A stretch of 64,000 nt of DNA. It comes from Gammaproteobacteria bacterium. Its GTDB lineage: Bacteria > Pseudomonadota > Gammaproteobacteria > Thiohalobacterales > Thiohalobacteraceae. Position 1 is the stretch's first letter. Each line of letters opens with the position of its first letter. Shown here in pieces: positions 1-12,456 of the stretch. The stretch lies in the NCBI GenBank assembly GCA_046260695.1, contig JBHEOS010000002.1, positions 13,822 through 77,821 on the forward strand, read 5' to 3'. Made by a program: the position numbers and the translations under genes. The notes beneath the pieces were generated by a model that saw nothing but the letters and a program-made list of their open reading frames with translations, had not been told where the DNA came from and did not search any database.

Positions 1-1850
<1,850 letters not shown>

Positions 1851-1854
1851 AACG

Positions 1855-1884
1855 AAACAAGGCCGCGCTCAGGCGGCCTTGTTT
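1855..1884. terminator. Bidirectional intrinsic terminator between convergent rep and cytochrome c5
   Basis: Perfect 12-bp stem AAACAAGGCCGC / GCGGCCTTGTTT with 6-nt loop GCTCAG. The A-run and T-run at the stem ends give a U-tract on either strand. It sits exactly between the two stop codons (1850 and 1901). Confidence 0.7.
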
Positions 1885-1900
1885 ACCGGCGGCGGTATGT

Positions 1901-2386
1901 CTACTGGCTCCCGTCCACCATATATTCGACAGCGGCCTGCAGATCGGCATCCGAGCAACTGCCGCAGGCGCCGCGCGGAGGCATGGCGCGGAGGCCGTTG
2001 ATGGAGTGATCGACCAGCGTGTCCAGGCCCTGGGCGATGCGCGGGCCCCAGGCGGCCTGATCGCCGAGCTTCGGCGCACCGGCGGCGCCGGTGGCATGGC
2101 AGGCCATGCAGCTGGCGTCGTAGATGCGCTTGCCGTCACTGGTCTCGGCAGGTGTCGGGGCGGCAGCCGGGGTGCTCGCGGCGGCTGCGCTGGCGGCCGG
2201 CGACGCCTCCGCAGTCCCCGCCACCCGTACGCGCCCCACCGGCCGGATGGTGTCCTCGACGCTCTGGGTTTGCGTGTCCTGGGCCGACGCAGTCGCCGGT
2301 GCGCTAACGGCAGCAAGCGTCAACAGCGTCGAAAGGCCCGTCGCGACGACGGTACGGTAGAACAGGTTATGGGCTGACTGACTCAC
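1901..2386 (-). CDS. Cytochrome c5 family protein (exported monohaem c-type cytochrome)
   Basis: CMACH haem-binding motif, and a C-terminal CGSC cysteine pair typical of cytochrome c5. Sec-type signal peptide (LLTLAAVSAPATASA/QD). Start set at the in-frame GTG at 2386, which has GGAG 7 nt upstream, rather than the ORF-track start at 2617 or the ATG at 2437 (no SD). Confidence 0.8.
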   Translation of the reverse strand: MSQSAHNLFYRTVVATGLSTLLTLAAVSAPATASAQDTQTQSVEDTIRPVGRVRVAGTAEASPAASAAAASTPAAAPTPAETSDGKRIYDASCMACHATGAAGAPKLGDQAAWGPRIAQGLDTLVDHSINGLRAMPPRGACGSCSDADLQAAVEYMVDGSQ

Positions 2387-2637
2387 GGGGCGGTCTCCGT
2401 AGCGGGGTGGGTTATGCCGGCGCAGCGGCCTGGGCATCGGGCGGGGAGTATAGCCGCAGGCCAGGTTTCGGAAAAGTCGCGGATTTTTCCCCCGGTTCGC
2501 GGACCCCTCAAGCCCCGCCGCGGCCCCGCCGCTAGCCTTTCCGAGGGAACCTGTGAGCGCGCCGTGGGGAGCGGTGGACGCCGGAAACGGACCCCGGCAG
2601 GCGCCAAGACTGGCCACAAGCTACAGCAGGTTGAACG

Positions 2638-2937
2638 ATGAGCGTCGTACTCAATCCCCTGCCGGCCGTCGCCGCGCCGTATCCGGAGACGCCACGCCCC
2701 GCGCCCCAGGCCCATCAGGAATCGGCGCGTCCGGTGGTCGCGCCCGAGAAGGCCGCCGCCGCGGCACAGGAATCCGACCGCGACGAAGAACACCGTATCC
2801 AACACGACCAGGAGCGCCGGTCCGAACAACGCCCGGCAGGTCGCGCCGAGGCCGCTGTCGCGGAGACCGACGAACCGCACCCGGCATCCGAGCGCGAGGA
2901 TATCCTGGTCGGCAGCCTGGTGGATGACTACGCCTGA
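2638..2937 (+). CDS. Hypothetical small acidic, Pro/Ala/Glu-rich protein (99 aa)
   Basis: ATG ORF whose codon third positions are mostly G/C when read by hand, consistent with coding in this frame. It is low-complexity and probably disordered, and ends in LVGSLVDDYA, a tail shared with the next ORF. The SD is weak and several shadow ORFs overlap, so coding status is uncertain. Confidence 0.4.
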   Translation: MSVVLNPLPAVAAPYPETPRPAPQAHQESARPVVAPEKAAAAAQESDRDEEHRIQHDQERRSEQRPAGRAEAAVAETDEPHPASEREDILVGSLVDDYA

Positions 2938-2960
2938 ACCCCGCTGGAGGTCCTGACATC

Positions 2961-3191
2961 ATGAGCATCGATTCCATCACCGCGCTCGGCTTGGCCGGCA
3001 TTCAAAAGGGTCTGCAGGGCGCGCGCGACAGCGCCGCCGAGATCGCCCGCGCGGGTCAGACCGGGGATGTCGGCGACCTCACCGCCGCACTGGTTTCGCT
3101 CAGGGCCGGGGAACAACAGGTCGCCGCCGCCAGCAAAGTGCTCAAGGGCGCCGACGAGATGCTCGGCACACTGATCGACGATCTGGCCTGA
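2961..3191 (+). CDS. Small protein (76 aa) with flagellar basal-body rod C-terminal / YjfB-like motif
   Basis: GGAGG lies 10 nt upstream of the ATG and the frame is GC3-rich. The C-terminal half ([41 protein letters not shown]) resembles, from memory, the conserved C-terminal heptad segment of Flg rod/hook proteins (..NVDL..EMV.L...Q..Y.AN.KVI.T.D.ML..L..). Confidence 0.55.
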   Translation: MSIDSITALGLAGIQKGLQGARDSAAEIARAGQTGDVGDLTAALVSLRAGEQQVAAASKVLKGADEMLGTLIDDLA

Positions 3192-3273
3192 AGTCCCGCC
3201 CCGCCTCCCGCCCCGCCTGCCATAGCCGCAGGCGCCTAGGCGTGCCTGGAGATTCTGGTACACTCCACGCCAC

Positions 3274-3350
<77 letters not shown>

Positions 3351-3480
3351 TCTTGCTGCTTTCAAAACCATGCACCCGCGTTGCCCTGCAAGACGCATCA
3401 CTTGGCGGCCCTGATCAGGACGGCGCTTCAGTCTTCATTCTTAGGCGCCGGTCGAATTTGGGCCGCGCTCCCGCCGGCGC

Positions 3481-4155
3481 CTAGAGCAGTCCGCGCTCGG
3501 CGAACGAGACTGCCGCGCCGTCGCCGATCACCAGGTGGTCCAGCACGCGGATATCCACCAGACCCAGGGCCTCGCGCAGGCGTCGGGTCAGCTGCAGGTC
3601 GGCCTGGCTCGGCTCGGCGATCCCGGAGGGGTGGTTGTGGGCGAGGATCACCGCGGCGGCGTTGTGGCCGAGGGCCGCCTTGACCACCTCGCGGGGGTGC
3701 ACGCTGGCGCCGTCGAGGGTGCCGCGGAACAAGGCCTCGTATTCGATCACCCGGTGGCGGTTGTCCAGAAACAGGCAGGCGAACACCTCGTGCGGATACC
3801 CGCGCAAGCGGGCCTGCAGGAACTGCCGGGTCACGTCCGGGTTGGACAGCGCTGTGCCGCGCTTGAGGTCGGCGAGCAGATAGCGCCGCCCCAGTTCCAG
3901 CGCGGCGAGCAGCAGGGCGGTGGTCGCCGCGCCCAGGCCGCGGCAGGCCTGCAGGCGCTGCGGTGGCAGTTCGAGCCAGGGGCGCAGGCCGCCGTGTTGC
4001 TCCAGCAGGCGGCGGCTGAGCTCGATGGCGTCGCAGCCGGCGGTGCCGGTGCGCAGAAAGATTGCGAGCAGTTCGGCGTCCGACAGGCTCTCGGGGCCGC
4101 GGGTGAGCAGTTTTTCGCGCGGCCGTTCGCTCGCCGGCCAGTGGCGGATGGACAT
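3481..4155 (-). CDS. radC: RadC-family JAB/MPN domain protein
   Basis: N-terminal HhH-like segment ([14 protein letters not shown]) and a C-terminal JAB motif HNHPSG. It is divergent from coaBC, as in many gammaproteobacteria. Confidence 0.92.
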   Translation of the reverse strand: MSIRHWPASERPREKLLTRGPESLSDAELLAIFLRTGTAGCDAIELSRRLLEQHGGLRPWLELPPQRLQACRGLGAATTALLLAALELGRRYLLADLKRGTALSNPDVTRQFLQARLRGYPHEVFACLFLDNRHRVIEYEALFRGTLDGASVHPREVVKAALGHNAAAVILAHNHPSGIAEPSQADLQLTRRLREALGLVDIRVLDHLVIGDGAAVSFAERGLL

Positions 4156-4282
4156 GACAACCTCCCTGTTGTCGTCGTGCGGGATGCGGTTGCGGATTTA
4201 CGCACGAAATCCCCGTTCCCGCCAGCGACTTCGTGGCGCGGGTGTGTATGAGCCCACAAAGTTCTGGAGTAAACTCCTGAAC

Positions 4283-5533
4283 ATGCTTGATCTTTCCCAT
4301 AAACGCGTGGTCCTGGGCGTGACCGGCGGGATCGCCGCCTACAAGAGCGCCGAGCTGGTGCGGCGGCTGCGTGAGGCCGGTGCCGAGGTGCAGGTGGTGA
4401 TGACCGCGGCGGCGACGCGCTTCATCACCCCGTTGACCTTCCAGGCACTGTCCGGCCGGCCGGTGCGCGAGGCGCTGTTCGATGCCGCGGCCGAGGCGGC
4501 CATGGGCCATATCGAGCTGGCGCGCTGGGCGGATGCCGTGCTGATCGCCCCGGCCAGTGCCAACGCGCTGGCCCGCCTGGCGCACGGGCTGGGCGACGAT
4601 CTGCTGAGCACCCTGTGCTTGGCGACCCGCGCGCCCTTGCTGGTCGCGCCGGCCATGAATCAGGCCATGTGGGCGCATCCGGCGACCCAGGCCAATCTCG
4701 CCCTGCTGCGCGCGCGCGGGGTGGAGGTCTGCGGGCCCGACGCTGGCGCCCAGGCCTGCGGCGAGGTCGGTCCCGGACGCATGCAGGAACCGCCCGAGCT
4801 TATCGCGGCGCTCGCTGAACGGTTACAGACTGGGGCACTGGCCGGTCTGCGCGTGTTGGTCACCGCTGGGCCGACCCGTGAGGCCATCGACCCGGTGCGC
4901 TACCTCAGCAATCGCAGTTCCGGGAAGATGGGCTATGCGGTCGCCCAGGCCGCGGCCGAGGCCGGGGCACGGGTGCTCCTGGTCAGCGGCCCGGTGGCCT
5001 TGCACGCGCCGGCGCGGGTCGAGTGCATCCCGGTCGAGACCGCTGCGGCGATGCGCGCGGCGGTGCTGGCCCGGGCCGGCGACTGCGATATCTTCATCGC
5101 CGCCGCGGCGGTGGCCGATTACCGTCCGCGCGCGCCGGCCGCGCAGAAGCTCAAGAAGCAGGCGCCGGTGTTGACGCTGGAGCTGGAGCGCACCGCTGAC
5201 ATCCTCGCGGAGGTTGCGGCGCGCACGCCGGCCCCCTTCACGGTGGGTTTCGCCGCCGAGACCGAACACCTGGCCGAGCATGCGCGCGGCAAGCTCCGGG
5301 TCAAGTCCCTGGACATGGTGGCCGCCAACGTGGTGTCTGTGCCCGGTCTGGGATTCGAGGCCGATGACAATGCGCTGACCCTGTATTGGGACGGTGGCGA
5401 GTGTGATCTGCCGCGGCGTGACAAGCCCGCCCTGGCGCGCGAGCTGGTGGCGCAGATCGCGGCGCGTTTCAAACTCAAACAACAGACCCTGCGACCTGGA
5501 GTCCGCGACCTGCATGCAGAAGATCCAGCTTAA
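4283..5533 (+). CDS. coaBC: Bifunctional phosphopantothenoylcysteine decarboxylase / phosphopantothenate-cysteine ligase
   Basis: Flavoprotein N-terminal domain ([14 protein letters not shown]) plus the C-terminal DFP synthetase domain. ATG 4283 is in frame within long ORF 3920..5533. The upstream part of that ORF is Arg/Ser-rich shadow sequence antisense to radC. Confidence 0.93.
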   Translation: MLDLSHKRVVLGVTGGIAAYKSAELVRRLREAGAEVQVVMTAAATRFITPLTFQALSGRPVREALFDAAAEAAMGHIELARWADAVLIAPASANALARLAHGLGDDLLSTLCLATRAPLLVAPAMNQAMWAHPATQANLALLRARGVEVCGPDAGAQACGEVGPGRMQEPPELIAALAERLQTGALAGLRVLVTAGPTREAIDPVRYLSNRSSGKMGYAVAQAAAEAGARVLLVSGPVALHAPARVECIPVETAAAMRAAVLARAGDCDIFIAAAAVADYRPRAPAAQKLKKQAPVLTLELERTADILAEVAARTPAPFTVGFAAETEHLAEHARGKLRVKSLDMVAANVVSVPGLGFEADDNALTLYWDGGECDLPRRDKPALARELVAQIAARFKLKQQTLRPGVRDLHAEDPA

Positions 5534-5969
5534 GATCCTCGATCCGCGCCTGGGCGCGGAATTCCCCCTGCCCGAGTACGCCACTGCGGGCGCCGCCGGC
5601 CTGGACCTGCGCGCCTGCCTGGACGGCCCGCTGACCTTGGCCCCGGGGGCGACCGAATTGATCCCGACCGGGCTGGCGGTCCACCTTGAAGACCCCGGTC
5701 TGGCCGCGGTGCTGCTGCCGCGTTCGGGGTTGGGCCACAAGCACGGGATCGTGCTCGGCAACCTGGTCGGTCTGATCGATTCGGATTACCAGGGGCAGTT
5801 GCTGGTGTCGTGCTGGAATCGCGGCCAGACGTCTTTTACGCTCCAGCCGGGCGAGCGCATCGCCCAGATGTTGATCGTGCCGGTGGTGCGGGCGCAGTTC
5901 GAGGTGGTCAGTGAGTTCACGGCCAGTGCGCGCGGTGCTGGCGGCTTCGGTCACACGGGGCGGGCGTAG
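5514..5969 (+). CDS. dut: dUTP diphosphatase
   Basis: The sequence [14 protein letters not shown]...AGLDLRA...GLIDSDYQG...[10 protein letters not shown] matches trimeric dUTPase motifs. ATG 5514 overlaps the coaBC 3' end by 20 nt. Confidence 0.95.
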   Translation: MQKIQLKILDPRLGAEFPLPEYATAGAAGLDLRACLDGPLTLAPGATELIPTGLAVHLEDPGLAAVLLPRSGLGHKHGIVLGNLVGLIDSDYQGQLLVSCWNRGQTSFTLQPGERIAQMLIVPVVRAQFEVVSEFTASARGAGGFGHTGRA

Positions 5970-5989
5970 GCTAAGGGAGGCATTCGAGT

Positions 5990-8539
5990 ATGGGATTCAA
6001 GCTACCTTCATTCACGGCCGCGCGCGGCCGCTCGGCGGCGTCACCGGGCGTAACAGGCGGACGCCTCAGCCTGATGCACCTCGGTGTGCTGATCTTCGTC
6101 CTGGCCGGCGTGCTGGTGGCGGGGATCGCCGGTTTCTTCCAGCGGGACGCGGCCGACCAGGCGGCCACCAGCTGGCAGCAGGAGATCCGGCTGACGGCCG
6201 ACAACCTCGCCGACCGCATCGCCCTGCAGTTGTCTCAGGACACCGCCCGGATGGAGCTGGTGGCGCGCGATGCCCAGTTGGCCGAGTCGCTGGTGGCCGG
6301 CGATGAGGCGCGCCTGCGCCAACGTGAGGCCGAGCTGGCCTACTTGTTTCCGAACTCCGTGCGCGTGCGTATCCTGCCGCCTGGCCAGAGCGAGGTCGAC
6401 CTGAATGCCACGCCGCCGCTGAGTTATGCGGCACTGGACATGCTGCGTCAGGCCGAGACCTCCGAGGTCCCACCGCCGGCCGAGGTGCATCTATTCGGTA
6501 CGCCGCAACAGCACATCAATATTGTGCGCCGCATCCTGAGCGGCAGCGGACGGCGCATCGTCGGCCATCTGATGGTCAGCCTCCCGCTGCCGGGCATCCA
6601 GGAGGCGTTGGATGCGCCGCGGCTGGCGCGCGGCTACGGCGAGGTCTGGCAGGTGGTCAGCGGCAGCGCCCCGGTGGTGCTGGCCATGCGCGGCGCGCAG
6701 GCGCTGAAGTCGGGCAAGCCGGTCGTCGTGGTGGATGTCCCCGGCAGCCGCTGGCAGGTGGCCTACTGGAGCGAGGCCAGCGGATTCACGGCCTCGTCCG
6801 AGGGGCTGTGGGCGATCGCCGGCAGCAGTATCGCCGTCTTCGGGCTGCTGCTGGCGCTGGCCTTGCGCGCCTTCGGGCGCGCATTCAAGCAGGATCAGAC
6901 GCTGATCCTCGGCGCGGTGCGCGATGCCCGCAATGCCCGGCTGCAAGCGGACTACGCCTTGCAGTTGCGCGAAAACACCGGGGTCATCGAGGCCCTCCGG
7001 CAGATCTTCGAGACGCCGGCGACACCCGCCGCCCCGGCTTCGTCCCGCCCGGCGGCCGCCCCCGCGGCCGCGCGGGCCGCCCCGCCGGTCGCGCCGCCGG
7101 GGCCGCTCGATGCACTCAGTCACGTGGGCCTGGATCTGGGCGCGGCGGGGGTGGGCGTGACCGAGATCCAGACCGATCCGGCGATCTTCCGCGCCTACGA
7201 TATCCGCGGCGTGGTCCAGCAGAATTTCACCCCCGAGATTGTCTACCAGGTTGGTCGCGCGATCGGCTCCGAGGCGCGCGCGCGCGGCGAGGCGTCGATT
7301 ATGGTTGGTCGCGATGGCCGGCTCTCCGGTCCGGACCTGCAAGAGGCCTTAGTACGCGGCCTGCGCAGCAGCGGCATCGCCGTGAAGGATGTCGGCGAGG
7401 TGCCGACGCCGGTCCTGTATTTTGCCGCGCAATCCCCGGATACGCGCTCCGGCGTGATGCTCACCGGCAGCCATAATCCGCCCGAGTACAACGGCGTGAA
7501 GGTCGTGCTCGCCGGCGAGGCCCTGTACGGCGAGGGGATTCAGGCGCTGCGCGAACGCATCGAAGGCCATCGCTTCGAGACCGGTGACGGCAGTTATGAA
7601 GCACTCTCGGTGATTGAGCGTTACATCGAGCGCGTCCGCAAGGACATCCAACTCGCCCGGCCGATGAAGGCGGTGATCGATTGCGGCAACGGCGTGGCCG
7701 GTGCGGTGGTGCCGGAGCTGTTGGAAGGGTTGGGCTGCAAGGTCATTTCCCTGTATTGCGAGGTCGACGGGCGTTTCCCGAACCACCACCCGGACCCGAG
7801 CAACCCCGAAAACCTCGAAGACCTGGCCCAGGCGGTGCGTGAGCACGGGGCCGACATCGGCTTGGCCTTCGACGGTGACGGCGACCGCCTGGGCGTGGTC
7901 GACTCGACCGGCAAGATTATCTGGCCCGACCGGCTGCTGATGTTGATCGCGATGGACCTGCTCGGCCGCAACCCCGGCGCCGAGGTGATCTACGATGTGA
8001 AATCCACGCGCCACCTGCCCAAGATCATCCGCGACTTCGGCGGCAGCCCCGAGCTGTGGAAATCCGGGCACTCGCTGATCAAGGCGCGCATGCAGGAGAC
8101 CGGCGCGCTGTTGGCCGGCGAGATGAGCGGACACATCTTCTTCAAGGACCGCTGGTTCGGTTTTGACGATGCCCTGTATGCGGCCGCACGCTTGCTGGAG
8201 ATCCTGTCCAACGATCACCGTGCCTCCGACAAGGTCTTCGCGGCCCTGCCGGATGCCTTCTCTACGCCCTTGCTCACGCTGTCCATGCCGGAGGGTCGGC
8301 CGCAGCACTTTATGGATCAGTTCCTGAGTAATGCCCGGTTCGAGGGTGCCGAGATCATCACCCTCGACGGCCTGCGCGCCGAATACCCTGACGGTTGGGG
8401 GCTGGTGCGCGCCTCCAATACCACACCCAGCCTGGTGCTCCGCTTCGAGGCGGATACCGCGGAGGCCCTCACGCGCATCCAGGATCAGTTCCGCAATGCC
8501 ATGCTCGCCACCGACCCCGGTTTGCGGCTGCCGTTCTGA
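5990..8539 (+). CDS. algC: Phosphomannomutase/phosphoglucomutase with ~390-aa membrane-anchored N-terminal extension
   Basis: The C-terminal ~450 aa is a typical alpha-D-phosphohexomutase (FRAYDIRG, active-site TGSHNPPEYNG, Mg site FDGDGDR). The N-terminal part has two hydrophobic helices (LGVLIFVLAGVLVAGIAGFF and LWAIAGSSIAVFGLLLALAL) and an Ala/Pro linker. A strong SD (GGAGG) lies 9 nt upstream of ATG 5990. Confidence 0.85.
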   Translation: MGFKLPSFTAARGRSAASPGVTGGRLSLMHLGVLIFVLAGVLVAGIAGFFQRDAADQAATSWQQEIRLTADNLADRIALQLSQDTARMELVARDAQLAESLVAGDEARLRQREAELAYLFPNSVRVRILPPGQSEVDLNATPPLSYAALDMLRQAETSEVPPPAEVHLFGTPQQHINIVRRILSGSGRRIVGHLMVSLPLPGIQEALDAPRLARGYGEVWQVVSGSAPVVLAMRGAQALKSGKPVVVVDVPGSRWQVAYWSEASGFTASSEGLWAIAGSSIAVFGLLLALALRAFGRAFKQDQTLILGAVRDARNARLQADYALQLRENTGVIEALRQIFETPATPAAPASSRPAAAPAAARAAPPVAPPGPLDALSHVGLDLGAAGVGVTEIQTDPAIFRAYDIRGVVQQNFTPEIVYQVGRAIGSEARARGEASIMVGRDGRLSGPDLQEALVRGLRSSGIAVKDVGEVPTPVLYFAAQSPDTRSGVMLTGSHNPPEYNGVKVVLAGEALYGEGIQALRERIEGHRFETGDGSYEALSVIERYIERVRKDIQLARPMKAVIDCGNGVAGAVVPELLEGLGCKVISLYCEVDGRFPNHHPDPSNPENLEDLAQAVREHGADIGLAFDGDGDRLGVVDSTGKIIWPDRLLMLIAMDLLGRNPGAEVIYDVKSTRHLPKIIRDFGGSPELWKSGHSLIKARMQETGALLAGEMSGHIFFKDRWFGFDDALYAAARLLEILSNDHRASDKVFAALPDAFSTPLLTLSMPEGRPQHFMDQFLSNARFEGAEIITLDGLRAEYPDGWGLVRASNTTPSLVLRFEADTAEALTRIQDQFRNAMLATDPGLRLPF

Positions 8540-8607
8540 ACCTGCGCAGGCAGTGACGCCGTTGCCCACCGCGAGGCCGCCTGCGGCGCGCCTTCGCGGT
8601 GGCTTGA

Positions 8608-9549
<942 letters not shown>

Positions 9550-10209
9550 TTACGGCCTTGGTCCTTCCACCTGGGCGGACTTGAGTTCGCGGAAGCGGCG
9601 GATGTCGCCCTCGAACTGCTCGCGGATGGCCTCCTGTTCGCGACGCTTGCTGGCGATGTAGTCCAGAAAGCGTTGGATCTGCCCGCGCGCGCCGCGGATC
9701 TGCTCATGCAGGCTGTCGGGGACAGGCTTGCCGCTGCGTTCCAGGTTTGCCGCCTCGCGGGTCAGTTCCGAGAGGGTTTCCTCGATCGCCTCGATGCGAC
9801 CGCGGGTGACCCGCAGCACCCCGTCGATGGCGACGATTTTGCCGTCGCGGGTCATGACCATGTCGTCCTCGGTGGTGAAGGTCGCCAGCAGCATGCGGTC
9901 ATGGGAGGCCCGCTCGGCGGCGACGCGTTCCTGCTCGCGCCGCTGCTCGGCCAGGCGCTCCTCCTCGGCGATCTGCTCCGGGGTCTTGGCCGCGTCCAGC
10001 GTCTGTACCTCTACCCCCTGATCGTTGAGTACCTTGCGTTCCTGTTTGGCGTATTCCGGGGGCACCTTGTCGCCGTAATGCACCTTGCCGTGCTCGTCGG
10101 TCCATTTGTACAGCCGCGCGGCCTCGCTGGTGGCGGCGGCGAGCAGGCCCACGGCGAGCGTTGCCCGCAGCAGGGGGTACGTAGGGCGGCGGGGGGTCTG
10201 GGGCTTCAT
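9550..10209 (-). CDS. DUF4124 domain-containing exported protein
   Basis: Signal peptide (LLRATLAVGLLAAATSEA) followed by the DUF4124-type motif LYKWTDEHGKVHYGDKVP and a charged coiled-coil tail. Start set at ATG 10209 (GGAAGA upstream) instead of ORF start 10278. Confidence 0.75.
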   Translation of the reverse strand: MKPQTPRRPTYPLLRATLAVGLLAAATSEAARLYKWTDEHGKVHYGDKVPPEYAKQERKVLNDQGVEVQTLDAAKTPEQIAEEERLAEQRREQERVAAERASHDRMLLATFTTEDDMVMTRDGKIVAIDGVLRVTRGRIEAIEETLSELTREAANLERSGKPVPDSLHEQIRGARGQIQRFLDYIASKRREQEAIREQFEGDIRRFRELKSAQVEGPRP

Positions 10210-10293
10210 GCGCGGTCTTCCTGGGGTGCGGGTGATGCGGATTGCGTTACCCTGGGTAGCGGCGCCCGACCCCGACAACTGAAGGGCCGGGTC

Positions 10294-10938
10294 TTACACA
10301 CCAAACGTGGACCGGTAGGCGCGGATCGCCACGACCTGCTCGGCGCTGTTGGGCTGGGTCTCCAGGTATTCCACCAGTTGATCCAGCGCGGCGATGCTGA
10401 CCACGCGGATGCCGGTGTCCTGCTCGACCTCCTGGATCGCCGAGCGGGCGCCCGTGCCGCGCTCCTGGCGGTTCAGCGCGATGACCACCCCGGCGGGGGT
10501 GGCGCCGGCGGCGGCGATGATCTCCAGCGATTCGCGGATCGCCGTGCCGGCGGTGATCACGTCGTCGATGATCAACACCCGGCCCCGGAGCGGGGCGCCG
10601 ACCAGGTTGCCGCCCTCGCCGTGGTCCTTGGCCTCCTTGCGGTTGAAGCAGTAGGGCAGGTCGCGGCCGTGCTGGTCGGCCAGCGCGATGGCGGTGGCCG
10701 CGGCCAGCGGGATGCCCTTGTAGGCCGGGCCGAACAGCACGTCGAATTCGATGCCCGCGTCGACGATGGCCGCGGCATAGAAGCGCCCGAGCCGGGCCAG
10801 CCGACTGCCGGTGTTGAACAGACCGGCGTTGAAGAAGTACGGACTCTGGCGCCCGGACTTCAGGGTGAAGCTGCCGAAGCGCAACACCTCGGTGTCGATG
10901 GCAAAGCGCAGAAAATCACGTTGATAGTCGTGCATCAC
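10294..10938 (-). CDS. pyrE: Orotate phosphoribosyltransferase
   Basis: Full-length PyrE-like sequence with the PRPP-binding motif [13 protein letters not shown]. Confidence 0.95.
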   Translation of the reverse strand: MMHDYQRDFLRFAIDTEVLRFGSFTLKSGRQSPYFFNAGLFNTGSRLARLGRFYAAAIVDAGIEFDVLFGPAYKGIPLAAATAIALADQHGRDLPYCFNRKEAKDHGEGGNLVGAPLRGRVLIIDDVITAGTAIRESLEIIAAAGATPAGVVIALNRQERGTGARSAIQEVEQDTGIRVVSIAALDQLVEYLETQPNSAEQVVAIRAYRSTFGV

Positions 10939-11021
10939 GGGTCCGATGGTGTGAGCGGTGGCGGTCGTGGGGCTGGACTGCTGGGGTATGATACACGCCG
11001 CTCCGATCAGGTGAACCCTCG

Positions 11022-11795
11022 ATGCGTGTGATCAGCTTCAACGCCAACGGTATTCGTTCGGCGGCCCGCAAGGGCTTCTTCGACTGGCTGCCCCATCAGC
11101 GGGCCGACTTCGTCTGCATCCAGGAGACCAAGGCGCAGGAGCCGCAGCTCACCGAGCCGGTTTTTCATCCGCGCGGCTTCCATTGCTATTACCACGATGC
11201 CCAGAAGAAGGGCTACAGCGGCGTGGCGCTGTACAGCCGCGCGCAGCCCGACCGGGTGGTGATCGGCCTGGACTGGCCTGAATTCGATGCCGAGGGACGC
11301 TACCTCGAGGTTCAGGTCGGCAAACTCAGTGTGGTCTCGCTGTACCTGCCCTCGGGCTCCTCCAGCGAACTGCGCCAGCAGGTCAAGTTCCAGGTCATGG
11401 ACCGGCTGATGCCCCACCTGCGCGGGCTGCGCCGCAAATCGCGCGAATACATCCTGTGCGGCGACTGGAACATCGCCCACAAGGCGATCGACCTGAAGAA
11501 CTGGCGCGCCAATCAGAAAAACTCCGGTTTCCTGCCGGCGGAACGCGCCTGGATGGACGCGCTGTTCGGCAAGGCGGGTTTCGTCGATGCCTTCCGCCTG
11601 GTCGATGAACGGCCCGAGCAATACACCTGGTGGTCGAACCGTGGCCAGGCCCGGGCCAAGAACGTCGGTTGGCGCATCGACTATCAGGTGATCACGCCGG
11701 GACTGCGCGAGTCGGTGCAGGCGGCGCGCATCTATACGGCGCAGCACTTCTCCGATCATGCGCCGCTGATCATGGATTATGACTGGGGCGCATGA
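11022..11795 (+). CDS. xthA: Exodeoxyribonuclease III (AP endonuclease)
   Basis: EEP-family motifs: [28 protein letters not shown]. Confidence 0.93.
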   Translation: MRVISFNANGIRSAARKGFFDWLPHQRADFVCIQETKAQEPQLTEPVFHPRGFHCYYHDAQKKGYSGVALYSRAQPDRVVIGLDWPEFDAEGRYLEVQVGKLSVVSLYLPSGSSSELRQQVKFQVMDRLMPHLRGLRRKSREYILCGDWNIAHKAIDLKNWRANQKNSGFLPAERAWMDALFGKAGFVDAFRLVDERPEQYTWWSNRGQARAKNVGWRIDYQVITPGLRESVQAARIYTAQHFSDHAPLIMDYDWGA

Positions 11796-11805
11796 TCGCC
11801 CGCTC

Positions 11806-11861
11806 GCGGCCAAGGCCCCTATCGTAATTGAACGTGCATCCGTGGGAGCGGCCTTGGCCGC
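11806..11861. repeat. REP-like inverted repeat between convergent xthA and the DUF4426 gene
   Basis: GCGGCCAAGGCC (11806-11817) and GGCCTTGGCCGC (11850-11861) are perfect 12-nt inverted repeats separated by a 32-nt lower-GC spacer. The right arm sits in a GTGGGAGCGGCC...GCCGC context reminiscent of REP elements. Confidence 0.5.
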
Positions 11862-11918
11862 GGCGCGTCGCCGGCGGCCTGGTGCGGGCCTTCAGTGGGG
11901 TGGTGCAGAGGCGCGCGT

Positions 11919-12371
11919 TCAGCGCGCGTAGAACTGCTGGCGGAACTGGACCTTGTAGGCCTCCTTCTCGCCTTCGGGGCGCACCTCCAGCCGGAAGGTC
12001 AGGCTCTCTTCGTTGGCGACCGGGAAATCCGCGATGTAGTAGATGGCGTTAGGCTCGCGGATCTCGCGCAGGTCCAGCTCGCGCAGGACACCGGTCAGCG
12101 GCGCGGCCGTGCCTGAGACCGATGCCGCGACCGGTTGCCCCGGGGCGCCGAGTACCTTGCGCAGCACCACCAGATTCAGCAGCGCGTGGTTGCCGCTGCG
12201 CTTGATCTTGTATTCGGCGGCGACCTTGGGTGGCAGCAGGTCGGTGGTCAAGGCGTTGAAGTGCACGACATAGTCGCCGAAGTCCTGGGCGCTTTCCGCG
12301 CGTGTGCCGACGGCGAACAGGAACAGACAGCTCAGGCACAACACCTGCAGGAGTTTGTGGGTATGTCGCAT
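11919..12371 (-). CDS. DUF4426 domain-containing periplasmic protein
   Basis: Signal peptide (LCLSCLFLFAVGTRAES) and a body (DYVVHFNALTTDLL...HALLNLVVL...AIYYIADFP...FRLEV) typical of DUF4426 as I recall it. Confidence 0.8.
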   Translation of the reverse strand: MRHTHKLLQVLCLSCLFLFAVGTRAESAQDFGDYVVHFNALTTDLLPPKVAAEYKIKRSGNHALLNLVVLRKVLGAPGQPVAASVSGTAAPLTGVLRELDLREIREPNAIYYIADFPVANEESLTFRLEVRPEGEKEAYKVQFRQQFYAR

Positions 12372-12456
12372 GGCGGTTCTCCCTTCTGAATGGCCGGTCC
12401 AGCGACACTATAGACCATAAGGCCCCGGGGATGGGAGATGGCAACCGGGGCCGGGC

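Noticed and set aside
3195-3218. The 12-nt tandem repeat CCCGCCCCGCCT x2 between the small ORFs and tRNA-Arg.
   Set aside because: It is very short and compositionally trivial in GC-rich intergenic DNA, and no function can be argued from the sequence.
3920-4282. 5' extensions of real genes suggested by the ORF track: coaBC from 3920, the SPOR gene from 21801, pilO from 31725, hemW from 43971, rdgB from 44945, the kinase from 47222, recG from 51609, ubiC from 53336, ubiA from 54148, bioH from 58480, bioC from 59337 and bioD from 60283.
   Set aside because: The extensions overlap the preceding gene, translate to low-complexity Arg/Pro-rich sequence, and are followed by in-frame ATG/GTG starts. 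Those starts align with the conserved N-termini and often form ATGA/GTGA stop-start overlaps.
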